From the NCBI GenBank assembly GCA_018814025.1, contig JAHJAM010000025.1, positions 2,530 through 66,529 of the forward strand: a DNA stretch of 64,000 nucleotides, written 5' to 3'. Shown here piece after piece: positions 36,121-46,569 of this stretch (position 1 is its first letter; each line of letters opens with the position of its first letter). Under the pieces are notes generated by a model. The model saw only the letters and a list, made by a program, of their open reading frames with translations, made no database searches and was not told where the DNA came from. Source of the DNA: Patescibacteria group bacterium (GTDB taxonomy: Bacteria > Patescibacteriota > Patescibacteriia > UBA9934 > GWF2-40-263). The position numbers and the translations under genes were made by a program.

Positions 36121-38127
36121 ATGAAGAAAATCTTTTGGCTGATCGGCATGCTGGCGGGCTGCACCATCGAATGGCAGCCGACTCATCAATATTATACCGA
36201 GGGGGAGATTGAAGAGCCGAGCGCGCCGGTGGCCGAAGCCGCGCCGGAATCAGAGCCCGGGGATCAGCCCGCGGATTTGGGCGGCGCCAATGAAGGCGCA
36301 ATCAGCCAGCTGCCGTTTGCTTTCGGGCAAAGCCGGCGCTGCGTCCAAGGCGCACACGACCCCTTCAGTCATAACGGGTATTCCACCCGCTATGACTTGG
36401 ACTTGGACACCAGCAATAGCGAAGACGAGGAGATTTATGTGCCGGTTTCCGGGGTGGCTTACGCGCACCAAAACAATCCGGAAATAAATTTCGGCCGGCA
36501 CGTGAACATTGATTTGGGCGACGGCACCTACGTCACGATCGCTCATTTCAAAGAGATATTTTTGCACGACGGCGCGCCCGTGGCCGCCGGCCAGCTGATG
36601 GGCCTGGAAGGCTGTACAGGTTTTTGCACGGGCGATCATGTGCATTTCGGCCGGCATCGGGGCGCGGCCTGGGAGGAAGCGCAACACGGAGAATCCATCC
36701 CAGTCCAGGTGCAAACCGAGAACGGGGTTTGGTCTTCCGAATCATTTGTTTGCGGTTTGGAGAACGGACAATCCTATCGTTCGAAATTATTGGAGATCGG
36801 CACTCACCCCAACGGCACTTTGGTGAAATCCGCGCATGCGTCTAAGACTTATTTGTTGGATCAAGGACGGCGGCGCTGGATTACCAATCAGGATGTGTTC
36901 TGGAGCCGGGGCTACGATTTTCAAGACGTGATCATGGTTTCGGATGAAGAGCTGCAAGCGTATCCGGCCGGGTCGGACTTGGATCAGGCCGGCGGCGTGT
37001 TCGCGGCTTACGACGGCAATCAAGAGCTGTGGCTGTTTGTCGGCCACGAGTCGCAGACGGATCGCCAGCGCCAGCGCGTGGGCCGATTGGATTGGCCGGC
37101 GGTGCTGGCGTCCTGGGGTTTGAATCCCGCGGACGCGAATGATTTGCGGCCTTACACGGTCAATAGCTCCTCTTTTTTCGCCCAATGGCCGCCGTATCAG
37201 GGCTGGGCGACTTTTCGAGACGGCGCTTTGCTGACTCAGGTTTCCAGCTCGGACGTGTTGGTGGTCAGTGATGGCGCGGCCGTGCCGATTGAAACCTGGC
37301 CCGCATTTTTGCAGCCGGGTTTCCGGCCGGATCGGATCTTAACCATCGAGGACGGTAGTTTAGATTATCATTTTGCCGTGGTGGGATCTTGTGCGAACGC
37401 GAGCGGCATTTGCTTGCGGGCAGGGGATTTGCATCAATACGGTTCATTGGATTTGGGCGTGCCGGCCAGGGCCAGACCGCAACCGGAAGTCATTCTGCCG
37501 GATCCGGAACCGGAACCTGAATCTGAACCGGAAGTGATTCCCGAGCCCGAACCAGAGGTTATTCCGGATCCCGAACCGGAACCGGAAGTGATTTTGCCTG
37601 ATCCGGAACCGGAACTGGAAGTGATCCCAGAGCCAGAACCCGAGCCCGAACCGGAGGTTACTCCGGATCCGGAACCAGAGCCTGAACCGGAAATTGAGAT
37701 TGTGCCCGATCCCGAGCCTGAATCTGAACCGGAGCCGCCAGCGCCTTCGTATTTGAGCGTGCGCTGGACCACGCCTTTTGGGGTGCGGGCTGAACGCATC
37801 ACTCTGTCCGGCGAATACACTTTTGCGGACGGCAGTCTGGGTTTTTTCTGGCACGAACTCAAGACCGTGCATGACGCTGCGGAAATCGCGATCCTGTTTT
37901 ATGGCGCAGCCGCCGGGGACAGTTTCCGATTTTCAGTTGAGTTTGCGGATGCCAACGGCTATGTGAGCTGGTCATGCATCGGTCCTTACGTGACCGGTAC
38001 GAATCAGCGCGGAACGCTGCAGGGAAGCGCGTCCGCGCATGTGGATAATCAAGAAGTAAATGTCCAAACCGCGGGCGATCCTTCGGGACAAACCACGGGC
38101 TGCGGACTGATCGTTCATCTGCCTTGA
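36121..38127 (+). CDS. M23-family (LytM-like) peptidoglycan endopeptidase lipoprotein with a Pro/Glu-repeat linker
   Basis: Lipoprotein signal 'LIGMLAGCT'. M23 motifs '[17 protein letters not shown]...[14 protein letters not shown]'. PEPEPE low-complexity region (aa ~455-540). Confidence 0.8.
   Translation: MKKIFWLIGMLAGCTIEWQPTHQYYTEGEIEEPSAPVAEAAPESEPGDQPADLGGANEGAISQLPFAFGQSRRCVQGAHDPFSHNGYSTRYDLDLDTSNSEDEEIYVPVSGVAYAHQNNPEINFGRHVNIDLGDGTYVTIAHFKEIFLHDGAPVAAGQLMGLEGCTGFCTGDHVHFGRHRGAAWEEAQHGESIPVQVQTENGVWSSESFVCGLENGQSYRSKLLEIGTHPNGTLVKSAHASKTYLLDQGRRRWITNQDVFWSRGYDFQDVIMVSDEELQAYPAGSDLDQAGGVFAAYDGNQELWLFVGHESQTDRQRQRVGRLDWPAVLASWGLNPADANDLRPYTVNSSSFFAQWPPYQGWATFRDGALLTQVSSSDVLVVSDGAAVPIETWPAFLQPGFRPDRILTIEDGSLDYHFAVVGSCANASGICLRAGDLHQYGSLDLGVPARARPQPEVILPDPEPEPESEPEVIPEPEPEVIPDPEPEPEVILPDPEPELEVIPEPEPEPEPEVTPDPEPEPEPEIEIVPDPEPESEPEPPAPSYLSVRWTTPFGVRAERITLSGEYTFADGSLGFFWHELKTVHDAAEIAILFYGAAAGDSFRFSVEFADANGYVSWSCIGPYVTGTNQRGTLQGSASAHVDNQEVNVQTAGDPSGQTTGCGLIVHLP
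37480..37740 (+). repeat. imperfect tandem nucleotide repeats (CCGGAACC/GGAACCGGAA units) encoding the PEPE linker
   Basis: Repeated gatccggaaccggaacc / gaaccggaagtgattcc units. Confidence 0.7.
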
Positions 38128-38132
38128 ATTCT

Positions 38133-38198
38133 AACCCCAGATTTTCGCTAAAATCTGGGGTTTTTTTCTTAGAAAAAGCCAGAGCCCGGCTCTGGCTT
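38133..38198 (+). terminator. two tandem rho-independent terminators
   Basis: AACCCCAGATTTTCGCTAAAATCTGGGGTTTTTTT, then AAAGCCAGAGCC-CGG-CTCTGGCTT. Confidence 0.85.
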
Positions 38199-38256
38199 GG
38201 GGAAAGGGATTTATCCACGATTTTTGCAACCAAATATGGTATAATTTCTCTTAGTT

Positions 38257-41004
38257 ATGCAAAGGTTTCAGACTCGGAGCCTAGAAGTGTTTTTGCGCTT
38301 GCAAGAGCGCTGGAACAAACATAAGAATCATCCATTAACTTGGTTGGGAATTTTTGTATTAGTCGCCGTGGCCGCGGGTTTGCTTTTCGTGAATCCGGTC
38401 TGGGCTCAGACGACGCCGGCCGCGACTGACGCGGTCAGTGAAAACCTGGTCAAGCGTTTTGCGGGTTGGATTGCGGGCATTGTAATCGAATACGTGGTGC
38501 CGGCCGTGACCCAGGTGTTTTTGTTGATTATCAGCATCGTGATCACCATCATGCAATACAATAGTTTTTCCACTTCCACGGTGGTGGGTACGGGCTGGGT
38601 GATTGTGCGCGATATCATGAATATTTTCTTTGTCATGGTGCTGATCGTGATTGCCATGGGCACTATCTTTGGCGGCGGCAAGTTTAAGTGGACCCAGCAA
38701 GTGCCGCGCTTAATGCTGTTTGCTTTGCTGATTAATTTTTCGCGGACCATTTGCGGCATCATGATTGATTTTGGCCAAGTGATCATGCTGACTTTTGCCA
38801 ACGCTTTGAAAGATTTGGCCTCGGGCAATTTTATTCAATTGTTCGGGATCATGGATTTTTACCAGTATAGCCAGACTGGAGTTTCGGCCGCGACCACTTC
38901 AAAATACGAGCTGTTGCTGGTGGCTTTGATGACGCTTTTCGTGATGCTGGCCGTAACCATCACCATGGGTATTTTTGTGATGATTTTGATTTATCGCATT
39001 GTCATGCTTTGGATTTTGGTGGTGCTTTCGCCTTTGGCTTTTTTCTTGGGCGGGGCCAGGGATTTGTTCGGACAAGAAGGCTACATCAAATGGTGGACGC
39101 AGTTTAAGTGCGCGGTGGTGATCGGCCCGGTGCTGGCATTTTTCTTATGGCTGACTTTATCCGTGGCCGGATCCGGCAGCGTTTCCATTACCGAAGGCCT
39201 GACCACGGCTTCGACCAGTACTGATAATCCGTCAGACATGCTGACTAAGATTTTTGAAAAAGGAAACTTTATCAGCTTATTGATCGGTTTGGGCATGATG
39301 TACGCGGGGTTTGACGCGGCCTCAAGTTTTTGCGGCAGCGAAGCCATGTTCAGCGGCATGATCGGCCGAGCCAAAGGTGCAGTCGGGACGGCCGCTAAGT
39401 GGACAGCCGGCGGAGCCGCGGGCTTGGCGATTTTGGGCACGCGCCAAGGAGCGAAAGCTGTGAGTTCAGTGGGGACCGGCGTGGGTAAAGCCGCGGCCGG
39501 CGCGGGTTCGGCGGCTTTGATCGGGGGCACGGCCGGTTTGGTGGCCAGCAACAGCGGGTTAGCTCGAGTGACCGGTAAATTGTTGCGCACCCCAACAGCG
39601 CAAGGCCGAGCTGAGGTGGCGCGCGATTTGGCCGGATCTAAGAATAAGACCGTGGCACGCTTAGCCGGCGGCTATGCTGATACTTTGGATAAGCGGGTAG
39701 CTGCCGATTATGTCGAGGCGGGCAAAGGCATGGAAGGCGCCAGCCGCCAGACCAAGCTTGATTATTTGGATAGCGTGGCGCGCGGGGGCAAACCGACTTT
39801 GCCGGGCGAGCAAAAGCGGGCGGCCATGGCTTTCAGCCAGGCCATGGGCGATCCCAAGGCTTTGGAACAATTGGAAAAGAAAGGCCAGCTTAAGAGTCTT
39901 TATGATATGTTCGGCAAAGATTTGGAACGCATCTCCGGCGGCGATGATAAAATGGCGGATCGGCTCGGCGCTTTTGAGGAATCACGGCCTGATTTGACCG
40001 GCGATACTGATAAGATTGATGCTTCGAATATTGGGAAATTAGGCTTGGGCGCGTTCGCGGCCAAATCGGTTAGTGACAGCTTGCGTGGCCGACCGGCTCC
40101 GGTCGGATCTAAAGCGAATGATTTGTACGAGCATGTGGCGCAGGGATATTTGGGACCGGCTAAACAAGCGGCTTTGCTTGAAGGCGAGTCCGGAATGTTT
40201 AAGAAAATGAGTGGCGAAGAATTAGCCCAGCTGGCGCCGGAACGAATAGCGGATAAAATTGATGTGACTATGGTTGAGAAGAGTCCGGGCATGGTGGCCA
40301 ATGTCATGAACAGCACTAATCCGCAAGTGCAACAGGCGGTTCGCGGTTTGGATCCGAGTGTTTTGGATCGAATGATGCGCGCGCACGCGGGCATTTCGGC
40401 CACCGGTCAAGTGGAAGATGCTGATAAGTTTAAGTCAGCCATTAGCGCCAACCCGAGCCTGGTTTCGACCTTTACGCCGGCCATGATGAGCGGCGGGGCT
40501 TCAAAAGCGATTGCGGAAAATTTCGGGGTGAAAGAATGGCAAAAAGCCAGCGCGCAAATTCAAAAGAATCCGGATGAGAATGTGGAATTGCGCATGAATT
40601 TGGCTCAAGCTTCGGATGAAGCGGCTCAAGGAGAAGATTACAATGACCAATCAGTCAAAGCCGCGGCCATGTTTGATCAACAAATGTCAGCCATGGATGC
40701 GCGGGAGACTGCGGAGATTGAGCGTCGAACTTCGGCCACGGAAATTGTGAACACAGCCGCGGCTCAGGAACAAATTACGCAAATTACCAAGAAATTGAGA
40801 TCGGATAGCACGGCTTTTGACCAGGCGCGCGAAAAAATGCTGGCGGCGCAAGGCCGGTCCCGAGCGGCCGTGGAAGCGAATGATTACGTGAAGGCAACCA
40901 AGTTTGACGACATCGCCCATAAGTATGAATTGCAGTCGGAAAATTTAGCCGCCAAGATCGCGGAAGCCAATCGAAAAATTGAAGCCTTGGAAGGCAATGC
41001 GTAA
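38257..41004 (+). CDS. polytopic membrane protein, VirB6/TrbL/TcpH-like (T4SS channel component) with a long Ala/Lys/Glu-rich C-terminal domain
   Basis: Signal-like N-terminus. Eight or more TM helices in the first ~420 aa. A C-terminal ~500-aa hydrophilic low-complexity/coiled-coil region. The architecture matches Gram-positive VirB6-like proteins. Confidence 0.5.
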   Translation: MQRFQTRSLEVFLRLQERWNKHKNHPLTWLGIFVLVAVAAGLLFVNPVWAQTTPAATDAVSENLVKRFAGWIAGIVIEYVVPAVTQVFLLIISIVITIMQYNSFSTSTVVGTGWVIVRDIMNIFFVMVLIVIAMGTIFGGGKFKWTQQVPRLMLFALLINFSRTICGIMIDFGQVIMLTFANALKDLASGNFIQLFGIMDFYQYSQTGVSAATTSKYELLLVALMTLFVMLAVTITMGIFVMILIYRIVMLWILVVLSPLAFFLGGARDLFGQEGYIKWWTQFKCAVVIGPVLAFFLWLTLSVAGSGSVSITEGLTTASTSTDNPSDMLTKIFEKGNFISLLIGLGMMYAGFDAASSFCGSEAMFSGMIGRAKGAVGTAAKWTAGGAAGLAILGTRQGAKAVSSVGTGVGKAAAGAGSAALIGGTAGLVASNSGLARVTGKLLRTPTAQGRAEVARDLAGSKNKTVARLAGGYADTLDKRVAADYVEAGKGMEGASRQTKLDYLDSVARGGKPTLPGEQKRAAMAFSQAMGDPKALEQLEKKGQLKSLYDMFGKDLERISGGDDKMADRLGAFEESRPDLTGDTDKIDASNIGKLGLGAFAAKSVSDSLRGRPAPVGSKANDLYEHVAQGYLGPAKQAALLEGESGMFKKMSGEELAQLAPERIADKIDVTMVEKSPGMVANVMNSTNPQVQQAVRGLDPSVLDRMMRAHAGISATGQVEDADKFKSAISANPSLVSTFTPAMMSGGASKAIAENFGVKEWQKASAQIQKNPDENVELRMNLAQASDEAAQGEDYNDQSVKAAAMFDQQMSAMDARETAEIERRTSATEIVNTAAAQEQITQITKKLRSDSTAFDQAREKMLAAQGRSRAAVEANDYVKATKFDDIAHKYELQSENLAAKIAEANRKIEALEGNA

Positions 41005-41034
41005 GCGTTAACCAGTTTCATAAGCAGGAGGATT

Positions 41035-43257
41035 ATGGCTAATCAGCCAAAGACAATGCAAGATTTACCGGAGGCGGTCGTGGATTTTTTAAACGGCCTG
41101 GAAGGTTTTGAATATATCAGCCATTTCATTAAGAAATTCGGTTTAAAACCAGAACAAGATATTGAAGTGATTAATTTGGTTTTGGATACGGTTTTGGGCC
41201 AAGTGGTTTTCGCGGATTTGCCGGAAGAAATAGAGGTGCTGTTCGGATTTGATGCCGAACAAGCTAAGCAAGCAGCCATTGAGCTGGCTGGCCATCGCTT
41301 GTTGCCAATTTCCGGCGTGATCGGGAATGTGGCCGAGCAGATTAAGAATTGGGGAGGGGATTTGGAACAATTTAAAAGCCAAGGCACGGTCGTAATGCCG
41401 GAGCTGACCGCGGAATCTTTTGTGCAAGGGGCTTTGAAGGATTTGGGCGTGGCCATGGAAAATGAAGTGCTGCAGCACCGTTTGGAATTGGTTTTGGTTT
41501 CTTACGCCAAAGGCGTGCGGGATCAGAGCGAAGCTCTGGGCACCATGACCCGGGCGCAAAAAGTCGGGGGTTTGGATATGGCGCAGGAAGATGCCGAAGT
41601 TCTGCTGAAGGAAATTGATCAGAAGATGGCGTTTATAAATATTTCGTTTAAGGAGAAAGTAGGTAGGGAAGAAGTAGGTAGGGTAAAAGTTCAGGATGTG
41701 AAGCCGCCGGTGAGGCAGGTTAGAAACGATAAGATGATGGTTGGAAAGGAGCAAACGCGGGTTGGAAGTGATTTGACCAAGAAAAAGAACAAAAGGGATC
41801 CGGAAATAGAGAAGATGCTGGCGACTTTGAAAGCGGATCAGGAAAAATCAAAGGCATTACTTAGTCAATTGAAGAATCAAAAAGTTAGAAATGAACAAAC
41901 GCAAGTTGGAAATGTTTTAACTAAGAAAAAAGACCCGGAAATAGAGAAGATGCTGGCGACTTTGAAAGCGGATCGGGAGAAGTCGCGGGAGCTGTTGAAG
42001 CAATTGAAGAATCAAAAAATTAAAAATGAGCAAAAACAGGTTGGAAATGAGAAGATGAGGGTTGGAAATAAGGATACGATTAAAACCGCGAAAAAGGATT
42101 TAATAGTTGAGAATGAAGCTTTGGCGAGAAATAATGGCGCGCCCACGGCCGCGGTCAAAGCGGAAGTTAAGAAGCCGGTTAAATTAGCGCCAAAAAAGCC
42201 AAACAAAAAATCAGTCGATACTTCGATATTAAATAAGAAAGCCAAAACCGGTTTGGGGGCTGATGTTTTCGACGATGAGGATGAGGCTGAGGTTCAACGA
42301 ATCGCTTCGGTCAGAGCCAAATCTTTGGCCGGCGCCAATGATCCGATTCAGGCGCTGATTGAGCAAATTATCGGGACGGCCAAGCTGAAATTTTCGGATG
42401 AAGAGATTAAACAGCGATTTATCAAAGCCGTGGAATCGCGGATTCGCGATGTGCGGGACATTTACGAAGTGCGGGCGCAATTGGAAAGCTCCAAGGATCA
42501 AGGCGGAGTGGGCTTGGCCGGGGCTCAGCTGGCGGAAACCGTGCAAGTGATCGATCGCTTGGTGAATGAACATCAAACCAAGCTGCAAGCCGAGTCGGAA
42601 AAGAAACAACACGAGTCAATGGCGCAAAAGCGGGCACAAACCGCGCAGGCCGCGCTGGCCGCCAAGCAGCTGGCAGATCAATTAATGGCCAAGCGCTACG
42701 CGGAAATCACGGGCCGAGCGCCGAGCGAGGCGGTGATCGGATCAGTGACCGGAAGCAACTCGGCCGGATCCGCGGAAGCAACCCTAGCCCGCCAAGAACA
42801 GCAAATTGACGCGCATCAAGTCAAGCAAGCGGTGATGGGCGCGCAGCGGATTGCGCCGAAAACCGCGAAACTCTCGGCCTCGAGCATTATGGCCGCGGCC
42901 GGCGCCAAGCCTCAAGTTCAGGATGTGCGCTTCACCCGCCGCTTAGCCGGTCCGGTGGAAGAGCTGCGCAATATGACGATCGTGGAATTCCGCCGCTTAT
43001 CAACCGATCCGCAAGCGGCCAGCGAAAAGATCAAAGATAAAATCGCCTTGGTTGAAGATCAAGGCTACGAACAAAAAATCGCGGCCATTAAAGGCTGGCG
43101 CTCCTCGCCGATCAACCAAGCGTATTTAAGCTTATCGCGCGAAGCTTTGCTTTCGGGCAAGCGGATCTCGGACTTATTAAAGGAGAAGGGGGAGGGAAGC
43201 TTAACCGAGGCCGAGCTGGTGGCGATTATGAAGCTCAACGGCGAGTTGCATTTCTGA
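41035..43257 (+). CDS. hypothetical coiled-coil protein with 45-aa tandem repeats
   Basis: Preceded by AGGAGGA RBS. Lys/Glu/Gln-rich. ~2.5 copies of the 'DPEIEKMLATLKAD.EKS..LL.QLKNQK..NEQ.QVGN' unit. Confidence 0.6.
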   Translation: MANQPKTMQDLPEAVVDFLNGLEGFEYISHFIKKFGLKPEQDIEVINLVLDTVLGQVVFADLPEEIEVLFGFDAEQAKQAAIELAGHRLLPISGVIGNVAEQIKNWGGDLEQFKSQGTVVMPELTAESFVQGALKDLGVAMENEVLQHRLELVLVSYAKGVRDQSEALGTMTRAQKVGGLDMAQEDAEVLLKEIDQKMAFINISFKEKVGREEVGRVKVQDVKPPVRQVRNDKMMVGKEQTRVGSDLTKKKNKRDPEIEKMLATLKADQEKSKALLSQLKNQKVRNEQTQVGNVLTKKKDPEIEKMLATLKADREKSRELLKQLKNQKIKNEQKQVGNEKMRVGNKDTIKTAKKDLIVENEALARNNGAPTAAVKAEVKKPVKLAPKKPNKKSVDTSILNKKAKTGLGADVFDDEDEAEVQRIASVRAKSLAGANDPIQALIEQIIGTAKLKFSDEEIKQRFIKAVESRIRDVRDIYEVRAQLESSKDQGGVGLAGAQLAETVQVIDRLVNEHQTKLQAESEKKQHESMAQKRAQTAQAALAAKQLADQLMAKRYAEITGRAPSEAVIGSVTGSNSAGSAEATLARQEQQIDAHQVKQAVMGAQRIAPKTAKLSASSIMAAAGAKPQVQDVRFTRRLAGPVEELRNMTIVEFRRLSTDPQAASEKIKDKIALVEDQGYEQKIAAIKGWRSSPINQAYLSLSREALLSGKRISDLLKEKGEGSLTEAELVAIMKLNGELHF
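41715..42075 (+). repeat. 135-nt tandem repeat (~2.5 copies) inside the 41035 gene
   Basis: Unit starts 41797 (gatccggaaatagagaagatgctggcgactttgaaagcggatc...) and 41932 (gacccggaaatagagaagatgctggcgactttgaaagcggatc...). Confidence 0.8.
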
Positions 43258-43269
43258 TAAGATGAGATT

Positions 43270-43704
43270 ATGCCCCAACAGTTTACCGTGCCACAATTTA
43301 TCGACGCGGAGGATAAAATCCTCGGACCGATCACCATCCGCCAGTTTGTCATCTTATTAGTGGCGTTTATGACGGATGCGGTTTTGTACAAACTTCTGCC
43401 GTTTGTGCCTTTTCTTTTGGTGGCCATTCCCTTAATCGCCGTGGCCGGCATTATCGCTTTTGTGAAGATTAACGGCATGCCCTTTCATTATTTTATTTTG
43501 AATTTGCTGCAAACTCTGAAGCGGCCGCAACTGAGAGTGTGGGATAAGACGATTAACGATTCGGAGCTGCGGGATTTGATCAAAGTGGTCAAAGAACCCC
43601 CGCCGCCGCCGCCGGAACGCAAGGCGCCGGTCTCCCGGTCGCGCTTGAACGAATTAACCTTAGTCGTCAACACTGGCGGACTTTATAAACCCGAGGGTGA
43701 ATAA
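43270..43704 (+). CDS. small two-TM membrane protein, VirB3/PrgI/TcpE-like
   Basis: 144 aa. Two adjacent hydrophobic helices. Located immediately upstream of the VirB4-like ATPase, as in Gram-positive T4SS. Confidence 0.45.
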   Translation: MPQQFTVPQFIDAEDKILGPITIRQFVILLVAFMTDAVLYKLLPFVPFLLVAIPLIAVAGIIAFVKINGMPFHYFILNLLQTLKRPQLRVWDKTINDSELRDLIKVVKEPPPPPPERKAPVSRSRLNELTLVVNTGGLYKPEGE

Positions 43705-43709
43705 ACAAT

Positions 43710-44387
43710 ATGCAAAGCAAACAAATGGCAAAATCTAAACCCGGGCCGGCCACGCAGCGCTATTTGGATATCGCGGAAATCCGCGATGATTTGGTGATCA
43801 TGAAGGACGGTACGGTGCGGGGCGTGCTCATGGTTTCCAGCATCAACTTCGCCCTTAAATCCGTGGATGAGCAAGAGGCGACCATCCAGGCCTACATGTC
43901 TTTTTTGAACAGTTTGGAATATCCGATTCAGATCGTGATTCAATCGCGTAAGATGAACATTGACGCCTACCTCGAATCTTTAAACGAACAATACAAAAAA
44001 TCCGTGAATGATTTGCTGCGGGCGCAAATTCTCGATTACCGCAATTTCGTTCAAGAATTGGTCAGTTTGGGAGAGATTATGCAGAAGCGCTTTTACGTGG
44101 TCGTGCCTTATGATCCGATCAGTAATAAGAAAAAGAATTTTTTCAGCCGCTTATCCGAGGCGATTTCGCCGGTGGCCGCGGCCAAGCTTTCCAATAAACA
44201 AATGAAGGATCGGCTCGATCAATTGGGCCGCCGGCTGGAAATGACCGCCGGCCAGCTGGAGTCCATGGGCTTGCAGGTGGCGCGTTTGGATACGCAAAGC
44301 CTGATTGAATTGTATTACACGGCTTACAATCCCGATCTTTTTGAAGATCAGAAATTGGATGATATTTCCAAGATCCGGACCGACTAA
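43710..44387 (+). CDS. VirB4/TraC-family N-terminal domain (split gene, part 1)
   Basis: GAGGGTGA RBS. 'DGTVRGVLMVSSINFALKSVDEQEATIQAYMSFLNSLEYPIQIVIQSRK' resembles the N-terminal region of Gram-positive VirB4-like ATPases. Same reading frame as the next ORF. Confidence 0.55.
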   Translation: MQSKQMAKSKPGPATQRYLDIAEIRDDLVIMKDGTVRGVLMVSSINFALKSVDEQEATIQAYMSFLNSLEYPIQIVIQSRKMNIDAYLESLNEQYKKSVNDLLRAQILDYRNFVQELVSLGEIMQKRFYVVVPYDPISNKKKNFFSRLSEAISPVAAAKLSNKQMKDRLDQLGRRLEMTAGQLESMGLQVARLDTQSLIELYYTAYNPDLFEDQKLDDISKIRTD

Positions 44388-44411
44388 TTTTTAATCAGCA
44401 AATGAGAATTT

Positions 44412-46568
44412 ATGGCCATTGAAATAGGCAAAATCCAAAAAGGCGCCATGCCCGCGCCGCCGCCGGCGCCGGTCAAACCCAAAGAAATGACCGAGGTGGA
44501 GAAACAAGCGGCCGAAACCAAAATTTTGTTGGAAGAGGAAAGGATCTACCGCCAAGGCGTGGTCACGGTTCGGGATTTGATTTCCCCGGCCGCTTTCGAA
44601 GTCAATCCGACTTTTTTGAAAATTTCCGGGATTTACGTGCGCACCATGTTCGTGATCACTTATCCGCGCCACTTGGGCGTGGGCTGGTCTTCGCCTTTGA
44701 TCAACCTGAATAAGACTTTGGATATCGCCATGTTTTTCTATCCGGTCAAGGCGAACATTATTTTGAAGCAATTGCAGAAGAAGGTCGGTATTTTAGAAGC
44801 CGGGATCATGGCGGACGCGGAAAAAGGTGCGCCGCGCGACCCGCTGCGGGAAACGGCCTTGCGCGACATTGAAGCTTTGCGCGACGCCTTAACTCAGGGC
44901 GTGGAGCATTTTTTCCAATTCGGTTTTTACGTGACCATGTATGCCAAGAATGAAGAGGAGCTGGAAAAGACTTCGCAAGAATTCGAGGCCATGCTGGGCA
45001 GCAAGTTGATTTACAGCAAAGCCGGCTACTATCAGGCCGAGCAGGGCTTCAACTCAACTTTGCCTCTGGGCAACGACGAGCTGATGATCAGCTATAACAT
45101 GAATACTTCGCCGATCGCGGCTTCCTTTCCGTTTATCAGTTCGGATTTGACTTCGGACAACGGGATTTTATTCGGCATCAACCGGCATAACAACTCTTTG
45201 ATTCTGTTTGACCGCTTCAGCTTGCAGAATGCCAATTCGGTGGTGTTCGCGACTTCGGGGGCGGGCAAATCCTACGCGATCAAATTAGAAATTTTGCGCT
45301 CATTGATGATGGGCGTGGAAGTGATCGTGATTGATCCGGAAATGGAATATAAGCATTTGTCCGACGCCGTGGGCGGCACTTACGTGAATGTTTCTCTGGC
45401 TTCGCCGGCCAAAATCAACCCGTTTGATTTGCCTAGAAAAGTGGGCGAGGACACGAAAGTCGACGACATTATTCGCAGTGCGGTGATCACCCTCAAGGGC
45501 TTGTTGCGGATTATGATCGGCAAGCCGATCGGCGAAGCCGGCAAGGTCGGTTTTGAACCGGAAGAGGATTCGATTTTGGACCGGGCCTTGATTGAAACTT
45601 TTGCCAAAAAAGACATTACGGCCGAGACCGCGAATTTGTCAGCCGTGGAGCCGCCGATCATGCAGGATTTTCAAGATGTGCTGGAAGGCATGGAAGGGGC
45701 GGATGATTTGGTGGCGCGTTTGAAAAAATATACGGAGGGCACCTTCTCCGGCTTGCTGAATTCGCCGACCACGGTGGAAATGAACAATCAGCTGGTGATC
45801 TTTTCCGTGCGCGATTTGGAAGATGAACTGCGGCCCATGGCGATTTATACCATCGTCAATTATATTTGGAACGTGGTGCGCGCCGAGCGGAAAAAGCGCA
45901 TTTTGGTGATTGACGAAGCTTGGTGGCTGATGCAGCACGACGATTCCGCGAAATTCATTTTTGCTCTGGTCAAGCGCTGCCGTAAGTATTTCATGGGCGT
46001 GACCACCATCACCCAGGACGTGAATGACTTTTTGCGCTCGCCTTACGGCCAGGCCATTGTGACCAACTCTTCAATGCAAATTCTTTTGAAGCAGTCGCCG
46101 GCCGGCATTGATAAAATTCAAGAAACTTTCCAGCTGACGGACGGAGAAAAATATCTTTTGTTGGAATCGGCCGTGGGCGAGGGGATTTTCTTCGCCGGAG
46201 CCAAACACGCGGCCATCAAGGTGGTGGCTTCGTACACAGAGGATCAAATCGTGACCACGAATCCGGCTCAACTTTTGGAAATTGAGGGCGCGAAAAAGGA
46301 ATTTGATGAAAAAATGGCGGCCGAAGAAACGGCCAGAAAGGAAAGCGCGGGACCGGGCGGATCAGTCCAAGCCCAAAGTGAAGAACCAGTTGAGGAACCG
46401 GCGGAAGCGGCGGTTGAAGAATTAAGCGCGGAGCAAATCGAAGCCCAAAAGGTCCAAGCCCAAGCCGCGGCCGCCTTTTTAGCCAAAGAGCAAGGCGGAG
46501 CCGCGCCCGGTACCGAAGCCGCGGGCCGAGCTGAAGCGGATAAATTACGCGAATCTTTAAAGGTTTAA
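44412..46568 (+). CDS. VirB4/TrsE/PrgJ-family type IV secretion ATPase (split gene, part 2)
   Basis: Walker A 'FATSGAGKSY'. Walker B 'RILVIDEAWWLM'. CagE/TrbE/VirB4 family. Acidic C-terminal tail. Confidence 0.85.
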   Translation: MAIEIGKIQKGAMPAPPPAPVKPKEMTEVEKQAAETKILLEEERIYRQGVVTVRDLISPAAFEVNPTFLKISGIYVRTMFVITYPRHLGVGWSSPLINLNKTLDIAMFFYPVKANIILKQLQKKVGILEAGIMADAEKGAPRDPLRETALRDIEALRDALTQGVEHFFQFGFYVTMYAKNEEELEKTSQEFEAMLGSKLIYSKAGYYQAEQGFNSTLPLGNDELMISYNMNTSPIAASFPFISSDLTSDNGILFGINRHNNSLILFDRFSLQNANSVVFATSGAGKSYAIKLEILRSLMMGVEVIVIDPEMEYKHLSDAVGGTYVNVSLASPAKINPFDLPRKVGEDTKVDDIIRSAVITLKGLLRIMIGKPIGEAGKVGFEPEEDSILDRALIETFAKKDITAETANLSAVEPPIMQDFQDVLEGMEGADDLVARLKKYTEGTFSGLLNSPTTVEMNNQLVIFSVRDLEDELRPMAIYTIVNYIWNVVRAERKKRILVIDEAWWLMQHDDSAKFIFALVKRCRKYFMGVTTITQDVNDFLRSPYGQAIVTNSSMQILLKQSPAGIDKIQETFQLTDGEKYLLLESAVGEGIFFAGAKHAAIKVVASYTEDQIVTTNPAQLLEIEGAKKEFDEKMAAEETARKESAGPGGSVQAQSEEPVEEPAEAAVEELSAEQIEAQKVQAQAAAAFLAKEQGGAAPGTEAAGRAEADKLRESLKV

Positions 46569-46569
46569 T

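Noticed and set aside
44388-44411. Translational read-through joining the two VirB4 ORFs
   Set aside because: Two different stop codons (TAA and TGA) lie in the 24-nt gap, making programmed read-through unlikely. Reported instead as a split gene or possible pseudogene.
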